Source: Candidatus Thalassarchaeaceae archaeon (GTDB lineage: Archaea; Thermoplasmatota; Poseidoniia; Poseidoniales; Thalassarchaeaceae). Taken from it: a DNA stretch of 52,530 nt. Positions 10,684-20,927 of this stretch are shown piece after piece (within the stretch, counting starts at the first letter, position 1; every line of letters begins with the position of its first letter). The stretch covers positions 1 to 52,530 of the forward strand of contig JASLKT010000004.1 of NCBI GenBank assembly GCA_030747395.1, given 5' to 3'. The notes under the pieces were generated by a model. It did not search any database, was not told the origin of the DNA, and saw only the letters and a program-made list of their open reading frames with translations. The position numbers and the translations under genes are program-made.

Positions 10684-13600
10684 ATGCGACATCGAACAGT
10701 ATTGTGGATTCTCACGGTTCTGTTGCTGTCTAGCGCTGCTCCTTTCGCATCCTCTCCTGATTCTATTTCTGATGTAATTGAAGAAGGGACGTCCGGCATC
10801 GAGCGTATCGTAATCACACCCGACCCAGATAGCATTGGTAGTGCACATCCGTCCGCAAGTTGGGATGGTGATGAACAAGTTCGGGAAACTATTGCTGACA
10901 CGCATATTGGTTTGTTCACAGTAGATGGTTTGGAATCAGATGTAGAGGTTCCAGAGGTATTGACAGAGATTCGGACAGACATTGCTCTCGTCCTGATCGA
11001 AGGCAATGTCGGATTGTGGGATGGTCGTGTGGCACTTACTGAATTACCTGGCATTGAAGTTCGAGCACATATCCCGCCTTCTGGATTTTTGATTCAGGGA
11101 CACCCACAAGCGATTGCGGCTGCATCCGACCTGCCAATGGTTGCGATGGTTCATCCCCTGCCACTAGCATTCATGGTGGATCATCATGTCAGTGACCTTC
11201 TATCCGAAGCATCTGAACTTCCTCTAGACTCATCGCCTTCAACTGCCGTTCAGATGTCAGGTTGGCGATTGGCAGATTTGGGCACCCCACAAGATCACGT
11301 TCGGTTGCCGGGTTTGATGGGTGATTTGGATAGCACAGCCTCATCCTACTTGAGCGACTATCGTCCCATTGATACCGGCAGGCATCTGGGTATTCTTTCT
11401 CTAGCAGATATTGCAACGGTTGCCGCTGAACCAGCCCTATCATGGCTCAGTCTTGAACCGATTTTCAGTATTGACAACAATGTCGCAATCGGTCATATGC
11501 GAGCTGACGATGTATCCAATTATTTCGTGGTTGGACTGAATGGTAGTGGTCACTCGGTGACTGTTGCAGATTCCGGGATTGATCGAGATCACGGTGACTT
11601 CGATGGTCGGATTCAGCATGTCGAGTCAGTAATCTGGGGGGACACATCGACCGAAGACGAACATTCGGGCCATGGGACACACGTCGCTTGCACCGTTCTT
11701 GGAAATGGCAGTCGAGGCGGGTATGCTGGTGTAGCGCCCCAAGCAACGCTACGATTCCAAGCGATGGAAGATGACAGTTCAGGAAATTTTGGTGGGGTCA
11801 GTATGGACACCCTCATTCGCAAGGGATATGAGGGCAATTCATACATTCACACGAATTCATGGGGAATGGATGGCTACTATGGGGAATACACGACAAGCAG
11901 TGAAGATGCGGACAGCCGCACCAGCCAATATGATCAGTTCTGGTCATACGATGGAATGCTAGTTCTCGTCTCCGCCGGAAATGACGGCCCCGATTCAGAT
12001 ACGATTACACCCCCTGCAACTGCGAAGAACATTGTCGCAGTTGGCAATCACCACAATCGCGGTGGCGGTGCACCCAGCACATTGTCGGATGGAAGCAGCC
12101 GTGGCCCCACCGATGATGGTCGCATCAAACCGGATGTAACAGCGCCAGGCTCCTGGGTTCGCTCTTGCCGCAGTCAGGATGCAGACGACACCTCAGGCTC
12201 TACTTGGACCAGTCAGTGGTACCTGGAATACAGTGGAACCTCAATGGCAGCACCCAATGCTGCCGGCGCTTCAGTCCTCATTCGCGAGTATCTGATGGAA
12301 GTTGCAGGCCGCCCATCACCTCAGGGCGCACTCATCAAAGGAATGTTGATTCTCGGCGCTGAAGATACCGGTTCTCGAGATATCCCGAACATGAATGAGG
12401 GCTGGGGTCGCGTCAATCTAGCCAATTCACTGATTCCTGGTACAGATACTGGTGTTTGGGTTGATGATCGGAATACCATTCGCAGTGGACAGACCCGAGA
12501 ATATGAATTCAATCTGAGTCGAGGAAACACACCGTTCAAAGCGGTCCTGACATGGTCGGATTATCCAGGGAGCACATGGTCGTCAACCCAATTGCAAAAC
12601 AATCTGGACATGGTTATCACCGCTCCAGATGGTACCATCTACAAGGGCAACGATTTCGCCAATGGCCGTTCAACTACCGGTGGCGATGCTGACAATGTAA
12701 ACAACGTCGAAGTCGTTCTAATCGATCAAGCCGACTCTGGTGTTTGGAGTGTCCGCATTACTGATGTTGCACATGGGGGTCAGCGCAGTGACCAACCATT
12801 TGCACTTGCAGTTCGGGGTGCCGGTGTCAATGATTTGCGAAGTGACCCGCTACCAATCCCCGCATCTTTCCAATTATCAACAGCAATCCCTCAAGTGAAC
12901 GAGGTTTGTCAAATCTCAATTCAAATCGAGAATCAAGGAGGCGGCAGTGCGGATGGATTGCGTATTGAGGCCATTGCTGGAACTCAAAATCTAGGTGATA
13001 TTGAGATTGATTTGGGTCCCGGGATGATTCGCTGGGCGACATGGGATTGGACTCCATTGAATGAAGGCACACAGGCGGTTACCATCCGTATTGACCCTGA
13101 CAATCTTGAGGAAGAGATTGACGAAGACAACAACCTCTTCGAAATACCCGTGGCTGTCAGTGCACCTGGTGTACGGGTTTCTACATCGGAAACAGTCATT
13201 GAAATTGAACAGGTGAGCGAGACGAGCACCGTATGGGATTTGCAAATTCGCAACACCGCCCTCATTTCTACCAATGCTTCAATCAGCGCATCCACACCAA
13301 TGAGAATCAACAATGGACAGATGATGAATGGATGGTTCACATCATTCACCCAGACGAGCTTTGCCCTTGACGGTTCAGAATCTTCCTCGGTCGGCTTCAC
13401 TCTCGTTCATGATGAATCCCCTGCTCCGGGGCTCTATCAATTGACGATTACAGCCCGTGATGAAGACAATAACATTGACTTTCCACTAACCCTGTCTCTC
13501 AACGTACCCGTTTTGCCAGGGGTCGCCTTCCAAGCGCCGTTCTCGACATTACAGGTTCACCCTGCCATACCAACATCCTTTGACGTAGATGTTCAAAATG

Positions 13601-15204
13601 AGGGCAATGGCTTACAAGGTTACAATCTGTTCATCGAATCACCCATTGGTTGGTGGGTTGGTCTCGATAATTTGGGCTCCTCAATCGGTGCAGCATCTGG
13701 TTCAACGGGAGCCATTCCAGTCAATGGCGCCCGCACTGTTGATTTGACAATCACGCCTCAGTTGGGTGTTCCACCTCCTCCTGGGCAGACATTACAGGCA
13801 ATATTGCGCGTGACCTCACAAGTCGACCCCACTCAATCTTGGTCATACACGATTCAAATGGAAGTCATCGAATTCGATTCGGCCTTCATCGAATTTGAGT
13901 CAAGTCCAAGTGTGCTTCGCCCCGATTCAACCGTGTATCTTCAATACACGATTTCGAATCAAGGAAATACAGAATTAACACTCTACCCAAACATCGATGA
14001 TCGACCTGGCGGTTGGTCTGTGATTGCCGGTTCAAATTCAATCACAATACCGGCCGGTGAATCAGCATCATACATGCTTGGTCTAGAGGGCAATGGATTG
14101 GCAGTGGGTGGGTCTCTGACACTCCATTTGACAACTCAGGATGGTTATCGAGTGTCATGGGAGGGTGATTTGAATGTCATTGAGGAAGCCAAACCCGTAT
14201 TGACATTGACTGGCTTTACCAATTCACAGGGAGATACCATTTTGGAAATCCCCACCGGGGCACCCGGATTTGTCGGTCATTGGCTCATATTCAATGATGG
14301 TAGTTCCGATTGGACACCCAGTTTGAGTGTGGATCTACCAGACTCTACATGGGAAGGCATCTGTGACCCTGTGGGCCTCATTCCAGCGGGTGGTTCTGCC
14401 GAAGCCAATTGTATCGTCATCGCACCGAATTTCGCGATGGCTGGATGGCAACCTGAAATCGGTTTGACAATCAATGCAGATGGTATCGAGCGTTCAGCGA
14501 GTGCATTCATCTCGGTTGATGCGAACCCTAGCGTCATTTGGACAACTCTCTCAATGGAAGAATCCATGGAAGGCCAGTCTTCATTATTGCATTTTGAAAT
14601 TCTAAATACAGGTAACACTGTAATTCAGGAGCGCATCACCATCGATGCACCCAAGGGCTGTTCAGCCGAAGTTGAGGGCGTAGATATTGTGGATTTAGCC
14701 ATTGGTGAATCTCAGAGCATTCGAGTTCAAATTGTTCCGGATTCACCCGGCGAGGTATCAATCGAACTCGGCTTTGAAGACTCAAACACACCCGGTTCGA
14801 CCCACTCTTCTACTGTTGACGTCGCCAGTGATCCATCGCGAAGTACTGGTAGTGGGGCAGGCACAACGATAGCGGTCATTGGTTTACTCATTTTCATCGT
14901 GGCTGGACTTGCAGTTGCCGGCTTACTCATCCTCCGCCTTCGTGATGGCGATTCACCAACTTCAATGGCACCACCTCCACCCTCAGCATTCTCTGCAAGC
15001 GCACCGTCAGTTACTCCACTCAAATCAACACCAGAAGTTGTCTGTTGGGGTTGTAACAAACCTATCGGAGGCACCCGTCGTGCATGTCCAAAATGTGGCG
15101 CCCGGTACCACGAATCAGGATATGCTTGCAGTGCTTCAGCATTGGTCATTTGCCGCAATTGTCAGGCCGACGTGAATACCTTTGTCGAGGAGGTGGGTTC
15201 CTGA
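10684..15204 (+). CDS. S8 (subtilisin-like) serine protease with CARDB/Ig-like domains, TM anchor and C-terminal Zn ribbon
   Basis: Catalytic motifs VTVADSG (D), HGTHVA (H), SAGNDG (oxyanion N), SGTSMA (S); IKPDVTAPG; CARDB-like IDPDN.EEE.DEDNN; TM; CWGC/CPKC/CRNC. Confidence 0.95.
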   Translation: MRHRTVLWILTVLLLSSAAPFASSPDSISDVIEEGTSGIERIVITPDPDSIGSAHPSASWDGDEQVRETIADTHIGLFTVDGLESDVEVPEVLTEIRTDIALVLIEGNVGLWDGRVALTELPGIEVRAHIPPSGFLIQGHPQAIAAASDLPMVAMVHPLPLAFMVDHHVSDLLSEASELPLDSSPSTAVQMSGWRLADLGTPQDHVRLPGLMGDLDSTASSYLSDYRPIDTGRHLGILSLADIATVAAEPALSWLSLEPIFSIDNNVAIGHMRADDVSNYFVVGLNGSGHSVTVADSGIDRDHGDFDGRIQHVESVIWGDTSTEDEHSGHGTHVACTVLGNGSRGGYAGVAPQATLRFQAMEDDSSGNFGGVSMDTLIRKGYEGNSYIHTNSWGMDGYYGEYTTSSEDADSRTSQYDQFWSYDGMLVLVSAGNDGPDSDTITPPATAKNIVAVGNHHNRGGGAPSTLSDGSSRGPTDDGRIKPDVTAPGSWVRSCRSQDADDTSGSTWTSQWYLEYSGTSMAAPNAAGASVLIREYLMEVAGRPSPQGALIKGMLILGAEDTGSRDIPNMNEGWGRVNLANSLIPGTDTGVWVDDRNTIRSGQTREYEFNLSRGNTPFKAVLTWSDYPGSTWSSTQLQNNLDMVITAPDGTIYKGNDFANGRSTTGGDADNVNNVEVVLIDQADSGVWSVRITDVAHGGQRSDQPFALAVRGAGVNDLRSDPLPIPASFQLSTAIPQVNEVCQISIQIENQGGGSADGLRIEAIAGTQNLGDIEIDLGPGMIRWATWDWTPLNEGTQAVTIRIDPDNLEEEIDEDNNLFEIPVAVSAPGVRVSTSETVIEIEQVSETSTVWDLQIRNTALISTNASISASTPMRINNGQMMNGWFTSFTQTSFALDGSESSSVGFTLVHDESPAPGLYQLTITARDEDNNIDFPLTLSLNVPVLPGVAFQAPFSTLQVHPAIPTSFDVDVQNEGNGLQGYNLFIESPIGWWVGLDNLGSSIGAASGSTGAIPVNGARTVDLTITPQLGVPPPPGQTLQAILRVTSQVDPTQSWSYTIQMEVIEFDSAFIEFESSPSVLRPDSTVYLQYTISNQGNTELTLYPNIDDRPGGWSVIAGSNSITIPAGESASYMLGLEGNGLAVGGSLTLHLTTQDGYRVSWEGDLNVIEEAKPVLTLTGFTNSQGDTILEIPTGAPGFVGHWLIFNDGSSDWTPSLSVDLPDSTWEGICDPVGLIPAGGSAEANCIVIAPNFAMAGWQPEIGLTINADGIERSASAFISVDANPSVIWTTLSMEESMEGQSSLLHFEILNTGNTVIQERITIDAPKGCSAEVEGVDIVDLAIGESQSIRVQIVPDSPGEVSIELGFEDSNTPGSTHSSTVDVASDPSRSTGSGAGTTIAVIGLLIFIVAGLAVAGLLILRLRDGDSPTSMAPPPPSAFSASAPSVTPLKSTPEVVCWGCNKPIGGTRRACPKCGARYHESGYACSASALVICRNCQADVNTFVEEVGS

Positions 15205-15251
15205 ACCGCCAAGCAGGCGCCCTTTTGAGGGGGTTATCCTGTCGCCCTCTC

Positions 15252-17945
15252 ATGCGCACACCCGCGCGCGGCCGCTGTCTTTGCGTCGTTGCATTGCTAT
15301 TGCTCGTTATCGCGAGCCCGTATGCTGCTGCTGAAGCCGATGTTACATTGACATCTGATTCATCTTCAAAGGAGGCATCTCCTGGCACGCCTGCTGAATA
15401 TACAATCACGGTTCGAAACACGGGTGACGAAGACATCACAGTGCAATTGGCGACAAGTCAAGAAGCAGGCGGTTGTCAAGGTTACACCAGCACAATCGAG
15501 CAAGTTTCTGGCGTCATTTCACCGAACTCAAATGAGCAGGTAACTCTGACTGTAAACGTGACAGAGGATTCTAGTGAGACAACCGCCGATGACTGCGAAA
15601 CAACAGTGTCCGCCACAGCTTCTCCAGCCGAACCCGGAACACCTGGTGCACCGGCTCAGGCAGATGTTGTAGTGACGACCACAAAGGGGGAAGGCAGCGG
15701 AAATGCAGCTCAGGGTGTTGAACTTTCAACAAGTCAAGCGACTAGGAATTACAATGGTCAAGACGATGAAGTCGAATGGGAAATCACTGTCAAAAATACA
15801 GGGCAAACCCAAGAGACCATTTCCATAGAAATGGACGATTCTTCGAGTTGCCGTTCCGATGGATTGGAAGCCTCAGTGGATCCTGCACAAGTCACTGTGA
15901 ATTCAGATGACGAAGAGATTGTCACCGTCACGGTTGAAGTCCCAGATGGTGAACAAACTGAAGCTGGTTCTCATTGTTTCATCACTCGTGCAACTGTCAC
16001 CGCACCCGCACCTCCACCGGGCACAGATGCTGCACAAGACAATCTCTCAGTTACACTGAATATTCCTGAACTTCACGAATGTGAAGCCACGCTTTCACCT
16101 TCATCAATGACAATCGCCCCGGGTGCATCACAATCGGGTAATTTCATGCTCACAAATGCTGGCAACAGTGATTGGACCGTTGGTTTTGGTAAATCTGGGT
16201 CTAAGGCCAATTGGGTTACACCAGAGGTTAGTCAGCGAAATTTACCTTATGACAATGGAAATGGACAGGCCGCCATTTCGTTTGATGTTTCACCAGATGA
16301 CAGTATCCCTGCTGGTGAAACTGAAACCATTGAAATCCGTGCTCTCGATGGGAGCAGCGCACGTTGCACGGCTACGTTGTCAATCACCGTAGGACAATCG
16401 TATGGGGGCAGTGCATCCCTCTCATCCAATTATCTCAACAATGTCGATCCAGGGACGGCTCAAAGTACTGCTCTATCCGTTTCCAATCAAGGAAATGGCG
16501 CCGACACTTTCGCAATTGGTCACAGTCCAGTTCCAAGTGGATGGACTGTGACTTTGAGTGATTCCAGTCTTTCATTGCCTGGGAAGCACGATAATGGCAA
16601 TCAACAGAGTATTTCGGTGGAGGTGTTTGTCCCTCTTGACGCACTTGCAGATGACACGGTGACGATTACATTCGCAGTGACGAGTAGTGGTGATTCTTCC
16701 GTTGAAATCACAGATGATCTCGAAGTATCCGTTGCCGAGCGTCACGATGTTGATGGCACGGTCCTTTCCTCAGACCAAACCGGTCGTAGCGACCAGTCGA
16801 TTGATTTCCCATTGACCGTTCACAACAACGGCAACGTACAGGATTCATTCCGTCTACGTGCTTGTGACCCCAATCAACCGGGCTCCTGTGCATCTCCTTC
16901 TTGGCAATCCATCTATGTCGATACTTCGGGTAATGAATTAACCCAGATTTCACTCGATGCCGGGCAATCTCAGCAGGTCTACTTGCGTATTCACATCCAG
17001 AGTGAGGATGAGGGGGATTATCTCCAAGTTCAGATGAAAATCAATATTGTATCTTCACCCTCTAATGAGTACACGACGACAGTAACGGCTCGCGTCTCAA
17101 ATTATGATTACATGATGCAGTTGATTTTGGCCGAACCGCAAGGGGCTCCAGATTCCATGAGCGTCACACTTCCACCCGGTGGTCAAACAACAGTTGCATT
17201 TGCGTTCAGCGATATTGGCACATCACCTTATGTCGAGCAGGCATTGTTCACAATCGAAGGCATGGATTCTACAATTTCAACAACATTGACTTCAGACGCT
17301 GAAGAATTGGCACCGGGTGTTTTCACGCTCCCCGATGATTCTGTAACATATTACGCGAATCTCACACTCAGTGTGATGGGTTCGGATCAGAACCTGAATG
17401 GTGAAGCTGGTGTGATACGCGTTTGTGCAGCATCCATGCGCAATGCAGCCGTCCCATCTTGTGTGGACGTTGTCGTATCGATTGCAACAGTGCACGACAT
17501 CGATGTCGCGATTGAAGGTGGAGCGATGAAAAACACCACCCATCCGGATTTTTCTGATTTCCTTGTAACGGTTACAAACAGCGGTAATATCGAAGAGCAG
17601 ATTGAAATCACATCCACTGAAGGATTGCGTGGTTGGACAATCGACATCGAACAAACCGACTTCTTGCTTGAGCCTGGTGAATCGGCCACGGTTCGCGTTC
17701 GAGTCAAGCCACCCGTGGAGATGGTGATTGAGGATGAATTCGAATTCACACTCATTGTCACCCCAGAGAGTGCACCTGTGGCCGCACAACCGGTGGACAT
17801 AACTGTCAACGCGATTCTAGATGACAGTGTTTTCGGCCTCTCAGTCGAGGCTTGGGACACAGTCACATGGTCGATTCTGGCCGTTCTTGGCGTGATGATT
17901 TTATTCACAATAGGGCGCAACCGCCGCCGTAGTTTTGAGTTGTGA
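15252..17945 (+). CDS. Secreted multi-Ig-like (NEW3/CARDB-type repeats) protein with C-terminal membrane anchor
   Basis: Signal peptide from ATG 15252; repeated 'V.N.G...' Ig-like units; C-terminal TM plus RNRRR basic tail. Confidence 0.85.
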   Translation: MRTPARGRCLCVVALLLLVIASPYAAAEADVTLTSDSSSKEASPGTPAEYTITVRNTGDEDITVQLATSQEAGGCQGYTSTIEQVSGVISPNSNEQVTLTVNVTEDSSETTADDCETTVSATASPAEPGTPGAPAQADVVVTTTKGEGSGNAAQGVELSTSQATRNYNGQDDEVEWEITVKNTGQTQETISIEMDDSSSCRSDGLEASVDPAQVTVNSDDEEIVTVTVEVPDGEQTEAGSHCFITRATVTAPAPPPGTDAAQDNLSVTLNIPELHECEATLSPSSMTIAPGASQSGNFMLTNAGNSDWTVGFGKSGSKANWVTPEVSQRNLPYDNGNGQAAISFDVSPDDSIPAGETETIEIRALDGSSARCTATLSITVGQSYGGSASLSSNYLNNVDPGTAQSTALSVSNQGNGADTFAIGHSPVPSGWTVTLSDSSLSLPGKHDNGNQQSISVEVFVPLDALADDTVTITFAVTSSGDSSVEITDDLEVSVAERHDVDGTVLSSDQTGRSDQSIDFPLTVHNNGNVQDSFRLRACDPNQPGSCASPSWQSIYVDTSGNELTQISLDAGQSQQVYLRIHIQSEDEGDYLQVQMKINIVSSPSNEYTTTVTARVSNYDYMMQLILAEPQGAPDSMSVTLPPGGQTTVAFAFSDIGTSPYVEQALFTIEGMDSTISTTLTSDAEELAPGVFTLPDDSVTYYANLTLSVMGSDQNLNGEAGVIRVCAASMRNAAVPSCVDVVVSIATVHDIDVAIEGGAMKNTTHPDFSDFLVTVTNSGNIEEQIEITSTEGLRGWTIDIEQTDFLLEPGESATVRVRVKPPVEMVIEDEFEFTLIVTPESAPVAAQPVDITVNAILDDSVFGLSVEAWDTVTWSILAVLGVMILFTIGRNRRRSFEL

Positions 17946-17987
17946 GTCGCCCCTCTCGGCCGATGTCTCGCTGGATATGCTTATGAT

Positions 17988-18036
17988 GCCTCTTTGAGTC
18001 GAACGACTCAAGGAACCCTACGGGTTCCCTTGAGGC
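17988..18036 (+). promoter_or_regulatory. Structured leader upstream of nuoA (two adjacent hairpins, alternative pairing over a TGAGG SD-like site)
   Basis: TTGAGTCG-AA-CGACTCAA and GGAACCC-TAC-GGGTTCC enclosed by GCCTC...GAGGC. Confidence 0.5.
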
Positions 18037-18042
18037 TTCGCA

Positions 18043-18513
18043 ATGCCCACTGTCTCAGCAGCATATCTGTCTCTTGCTTTGATGACCCTTGTAGGCATTG
18101 GATTTCCATTGGGTGGCTTTGTTCTTTCACGATTTTTGCGGCCAATGCCTGACCCAAATGACCCGACCAAACTTCGCAGTTTCTTGCTCAAAGGATACGA
18201 ATCAGATCAATCATTGTATGTTCGTCGTTTGAGTACTTACGAATGTGGTGCTGACCCAGTCGGTGACGCGATGATAGATTTCCACTTCCAATACTATTGG
18301 TACGCAATCATCTTCCTTGTTTTCGATATTGCATTCATGTTCTTAGCATTCGGTGGAATTGTGGCCATGAGTGCAGATCACACTGTTGCAGAAGGAGCAG
18401 CAGGTGGTGTAGAAGCAGCAACGGGCTCCTTGGTCACACTCTTGGTTTTCCTTGGAATCATGGGCTTAGGCGTGTGGTATGTTTTCCGAAAGCGAGGACG
18501 AATCTACATTTGA
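18043..18513 (+). CDS. nuoA: Complex I-like subunit A
   Basis: STYECG, QYYWYAIIFLVFDI; 3 TM helices; first gene of the operon. Confidence 0.93.
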   Translation: MPTVSAAYLSLALMTLVGIGFPLGGFVLSRFLRPMPDPNDPTKLRSFLLKGYESDQSLYVRRLSTYECGADPVGDAMIDFHFQYYWYAIIFLVFDIAFMFLAFGGIVAMSADHTVAEGAAGGVEAATGSLVTLLVFLGIMGLGVWYVFRKRGRIYI

Positions 18514-18523
18514 GGTGATTTTG

Positions 18524-19117
18524 ATGGATGAAGGGCAGAATTACACAACGTTCAGCAGTCGAGGCCTCCTTGACATGGTTGGTGATCTCAACGACAAAGC
18601 CCTTGAAGCATCTCGGATGAAGGATTTCATCGGTGTTCTCGGCGGGCGATTTTTGAATTGGGCACAGCGCAAATCATTGTTCCCCTTGCACTTGGGAATC
18701 AAGTGTTGCGCCCTTGAGATGGCTGCAGCTGGAGCGCCTCGCTTTGATGCAGAGAGTTTCGGAGTCGTGTTCAGAAGCAGTCCACGTCAATGTGATGTTT
18801 TGCTGATCAATGGCCCTATTTCAAAGAAATTCGCAGACCCAGTCGTGCGATTGTGGGAACAAATGCCTGAACCAAAGTGGTGCATTGCCATGGGCGAGTG
18901 CGCAATTTCCGGTGGCCCTTACTTCCAGTCCTACAATATCCTAGAAGGAGTTGACACTGTGATTCCAGTTGATGTATACATTCCAGGTTGTCCACCACGA
19001 CCCGAGGCCCTTATCGATGGCTTTGGCAAGTTGCGTGAGAAAATTATCCGCATCGGTGCAGTGCCGAGTGGGGAGGCTGAAGCGCGTGGTTCACCAATCA
19101 TCGTCGCCGATGACTGA
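18524..19117 (+). CDS. nuoB: Complex I-like subunit B (N2 cluster)
   Basis: KCCALEM, SPRQCD, QMPEPKWCIAMGECAISGG, PVDVYIPGCPPRPEA; GAGGTGA SD. Confidence 0.97.
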   Translation: MDEGQNYTTFSSRGLLDMVGDLNDKALEASRMKDFIGVLGGRFLNWAQRKSLFPLHLGIKCCALEMAAAGAPRFDAESFGVVFRSSPRQCDVLLINGPISKKFADPVVRLWEQMPEPKWCIAMGECAISGGPYFQSYNILEGVDTVIPVDVYIPGCPPRPEALIDGFGKLREKIIRIGAVPSGEAEARGSPIIVADD

Positions 19118-19126
19118 GGGGATATT

Positions 19127-19786
19127 ATGGCCAACGAAATCAGTGCAAAACAGGTTCTTTCCGCTGCGAAAGAGATTGTTGCAGATGTTGCAGATTTCGG
19201 AGACGCCGTCAATGCGGAAGTTCGCCACCACACAGGTGGTCGCCGCAAGAACGCCTACGTCTACATCGAAGTTGTTGCCAGCGAATGGCGCGAACTCGCT
19301 CTCTGGCTCAAGAAGACCAAAAAGGTCGATTACTGTTCAATGATCACTGGAATTCACTGGCCTGAGAATGCTGACGCCACATGGCAAGTAGTTGCTCATC
19401 TAATGCGAACGGGTGTCACAAACCCTACGGTAGTCAATAAGCGAGTCCATGAGATAAAGGTGGATATTGCGAGTCTCTCAGGGAATGATGTCCCCATGGA
19501 ATTTGAGATTACAATGACCATTCCAGACACTCGTGAACCCAGTGTCCCAAGTGTGGCCGACATATGGGTTGGCGCAGATTGGAATGAAAAGGAAACTTGG
19601 GACTTGGTTGGTATCGATTTTGAAGGTCACATCGGAATGCGTCGCGTCCTTCTCCCACACGATTCCCCTACAGGATATCACCCACTACAGAAGCAACACA
19701 AATTGCGATATCACGACTTCAATGAAATGTACGACGATGCTCAGGGCTTTGGAAGAAAGCCGGAAGATTCCGGGAGGGTCAAGTAA
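19127..19786 (+). CDS. nuoC: Complex I-like subunit C
   Basis: VPSVADIWVGADWNEKETWDLVGIDFEGH...RRVLLP...HPLQK. Confidence 0.93.
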   Translation: MANEISAKQVLSAAKEIVADVADFGDAVNAEVRHHTGGRRKNAYVYIEVVASEWRELALWLKKTKKVDYCSMITGIHWPENADATWQVVAHLMRTGVTNPTVVNKRVHEIKVDIASLSGNDVPMEFEITMTIPDTREPSVPSVADIWVGADWNEKETWDLVGIDFEGHIGMRRVLLPHDSPTGYHPLQKQHKLRYHDFNEMYDDAQGFGRKPEDSGRVK

Positions 19787-20922
19787 TGGCAGAGATGTGG
19801 ATTTCAATGGGGCCTCAACACCCCATGACACACGGACTTTGGACTCTCAAAGTCAAGGTCGATGGAGAGACAGTCGTCGATACTGAACCAGATCTAGGGT
19901 ACATTCATCGCGGCGTCGAGAAAATTTGTGAAGCCCGTGACTTTACTCAGATTACCCCCTATGCTGATCGTTTGTGTTATGCGAGTGCAAACACTTGGTC
20001 ACATGCTTACATCTATGCGGCTGAAGATCTCCTTGAGGTTGAAGTTCCAGAACGTGCAGAATACATTCGCATGGTTGCGGTTGAATTGCAACGTGTCGCC
20101 AGTCACCTGATGTGGTTGGGAGCATACTGCCCTGATGTTGGCAACTTGACCGGAATGGTCTGGTGTTTGCGAGAGCGCGAGATGATGATGGATTTGCTTC
20201 AGGAACTTGGCGGTTCCCGAATGCACTACAATTTCCCGCGCATTGGAGGCGTTAAGCGTGATTTGCCAATTGGTTTTGCACTTCGTTGCCGAGCCAAACT
20301 CAAACTATTCCTCGAACGTATTCAGGAATACGAAGCAATCCTTGACGAGAGCACAATTTTCCTCGTGCGCACACAAGGCGTTGGTTATGCGAAGGCTGAG
20401 GAGATGATTAACCACGGAGTGAGTGGTCCAAACGTCCGTGCAGCCGGTCATAATTACGACGTGCGCTGGGCTCATCCTTACTCTATTTACGATGAATTGG
20501 ATTGGGAACCTTCAGTCGAGCGCCCTTCGATTAAAGGGAGTGATTGCTATGATCGTTATCGTGTACGTGTAGAAGAAATGCGGCAAAGTGCCTTGATGAT
20601 ACTAGATGGTCTTGACAAGATGCCAGGTGGTGCTGATACGCACTATCAATCGGGCGACCCCGCAATCCTTGGCAAAGCACCCGCTCGAGCGGCAGAAGGA
20701 CAAACGGGATTCCACCACTTTGAGGACAGTCGCGGTGAATCGATGTTCTACCTCGCTGGTGGTGGAGATGGGCGTGGAAAGCACCCCTATCGAGTCTCGA
20801 TTCGGAGCCCGATGTTCATCACAATTCCTTATGCCAGCAAGTGCATGATTGGTTACAAGATTGCAGACATTCCTGCGATCATGGGTTCATTTGACCCTTG
20901 TATTGGAGAAACGGATAGGTGA
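19786..20922 (+). CDS. nuoD: Complex I-like subunit D
   Basis: MGPQHPMTHG, GYIHRGVEK, DRLCY, ELQRVASHL, terminal DPCIGETDR; no NiFe CxxC pairs. Confidence 0.97.
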   Translation: MAEMWISMGPQHPMTHGLWTLKVKVDGETVVDTEPDLGYIHRGVEKICEARDFTQITPYADRLCYASANTWSHAYIYAAEDLLEVEVPERAEYIRMVAVELQRVASHLMWLGAYCPDVGNLTGMVWCLREREMMMDLLQELGGSRMHYNFPRIGGVKRDLPIGFALRCRAKLKLFLERIQEYEAILDESTIFLVRTQGVGYAKAEEMINHGVSGPNVRAAGHNYDVRWAHPYSIYDELDWEPSVERPSIKGSDCYDRYRVRVEEMRQSALMILDGLDKMPGGADTHYQSGDPAILGKAPARAAEGQTGFHHFEDSRGESMFYLAGGGDGRGKHPYRVSIRSPMFITIPYASKCMIGYKIADIPAIMGSFDPCIGETDR

Positions 20923-20927
20923 TTTTG

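Noticed and set aside
15084-15251. Overlap between the S8 protease and the next ORF as a programmed frameshift or fusion
   Set aside because: The downstream protein has its own ATG (15252) and signal peptide, and the protease ends in a complete TM/Zn-ribbon tail; the extension is an ORF-calling artefact
18524-20922. Group 4 [NiFe] hydrogenase
   Set aside because: The large subunit lacks both CxxC metal-binding motifs and has NuoD quinone-site motifs (GPQHP..HG, DRLCY)
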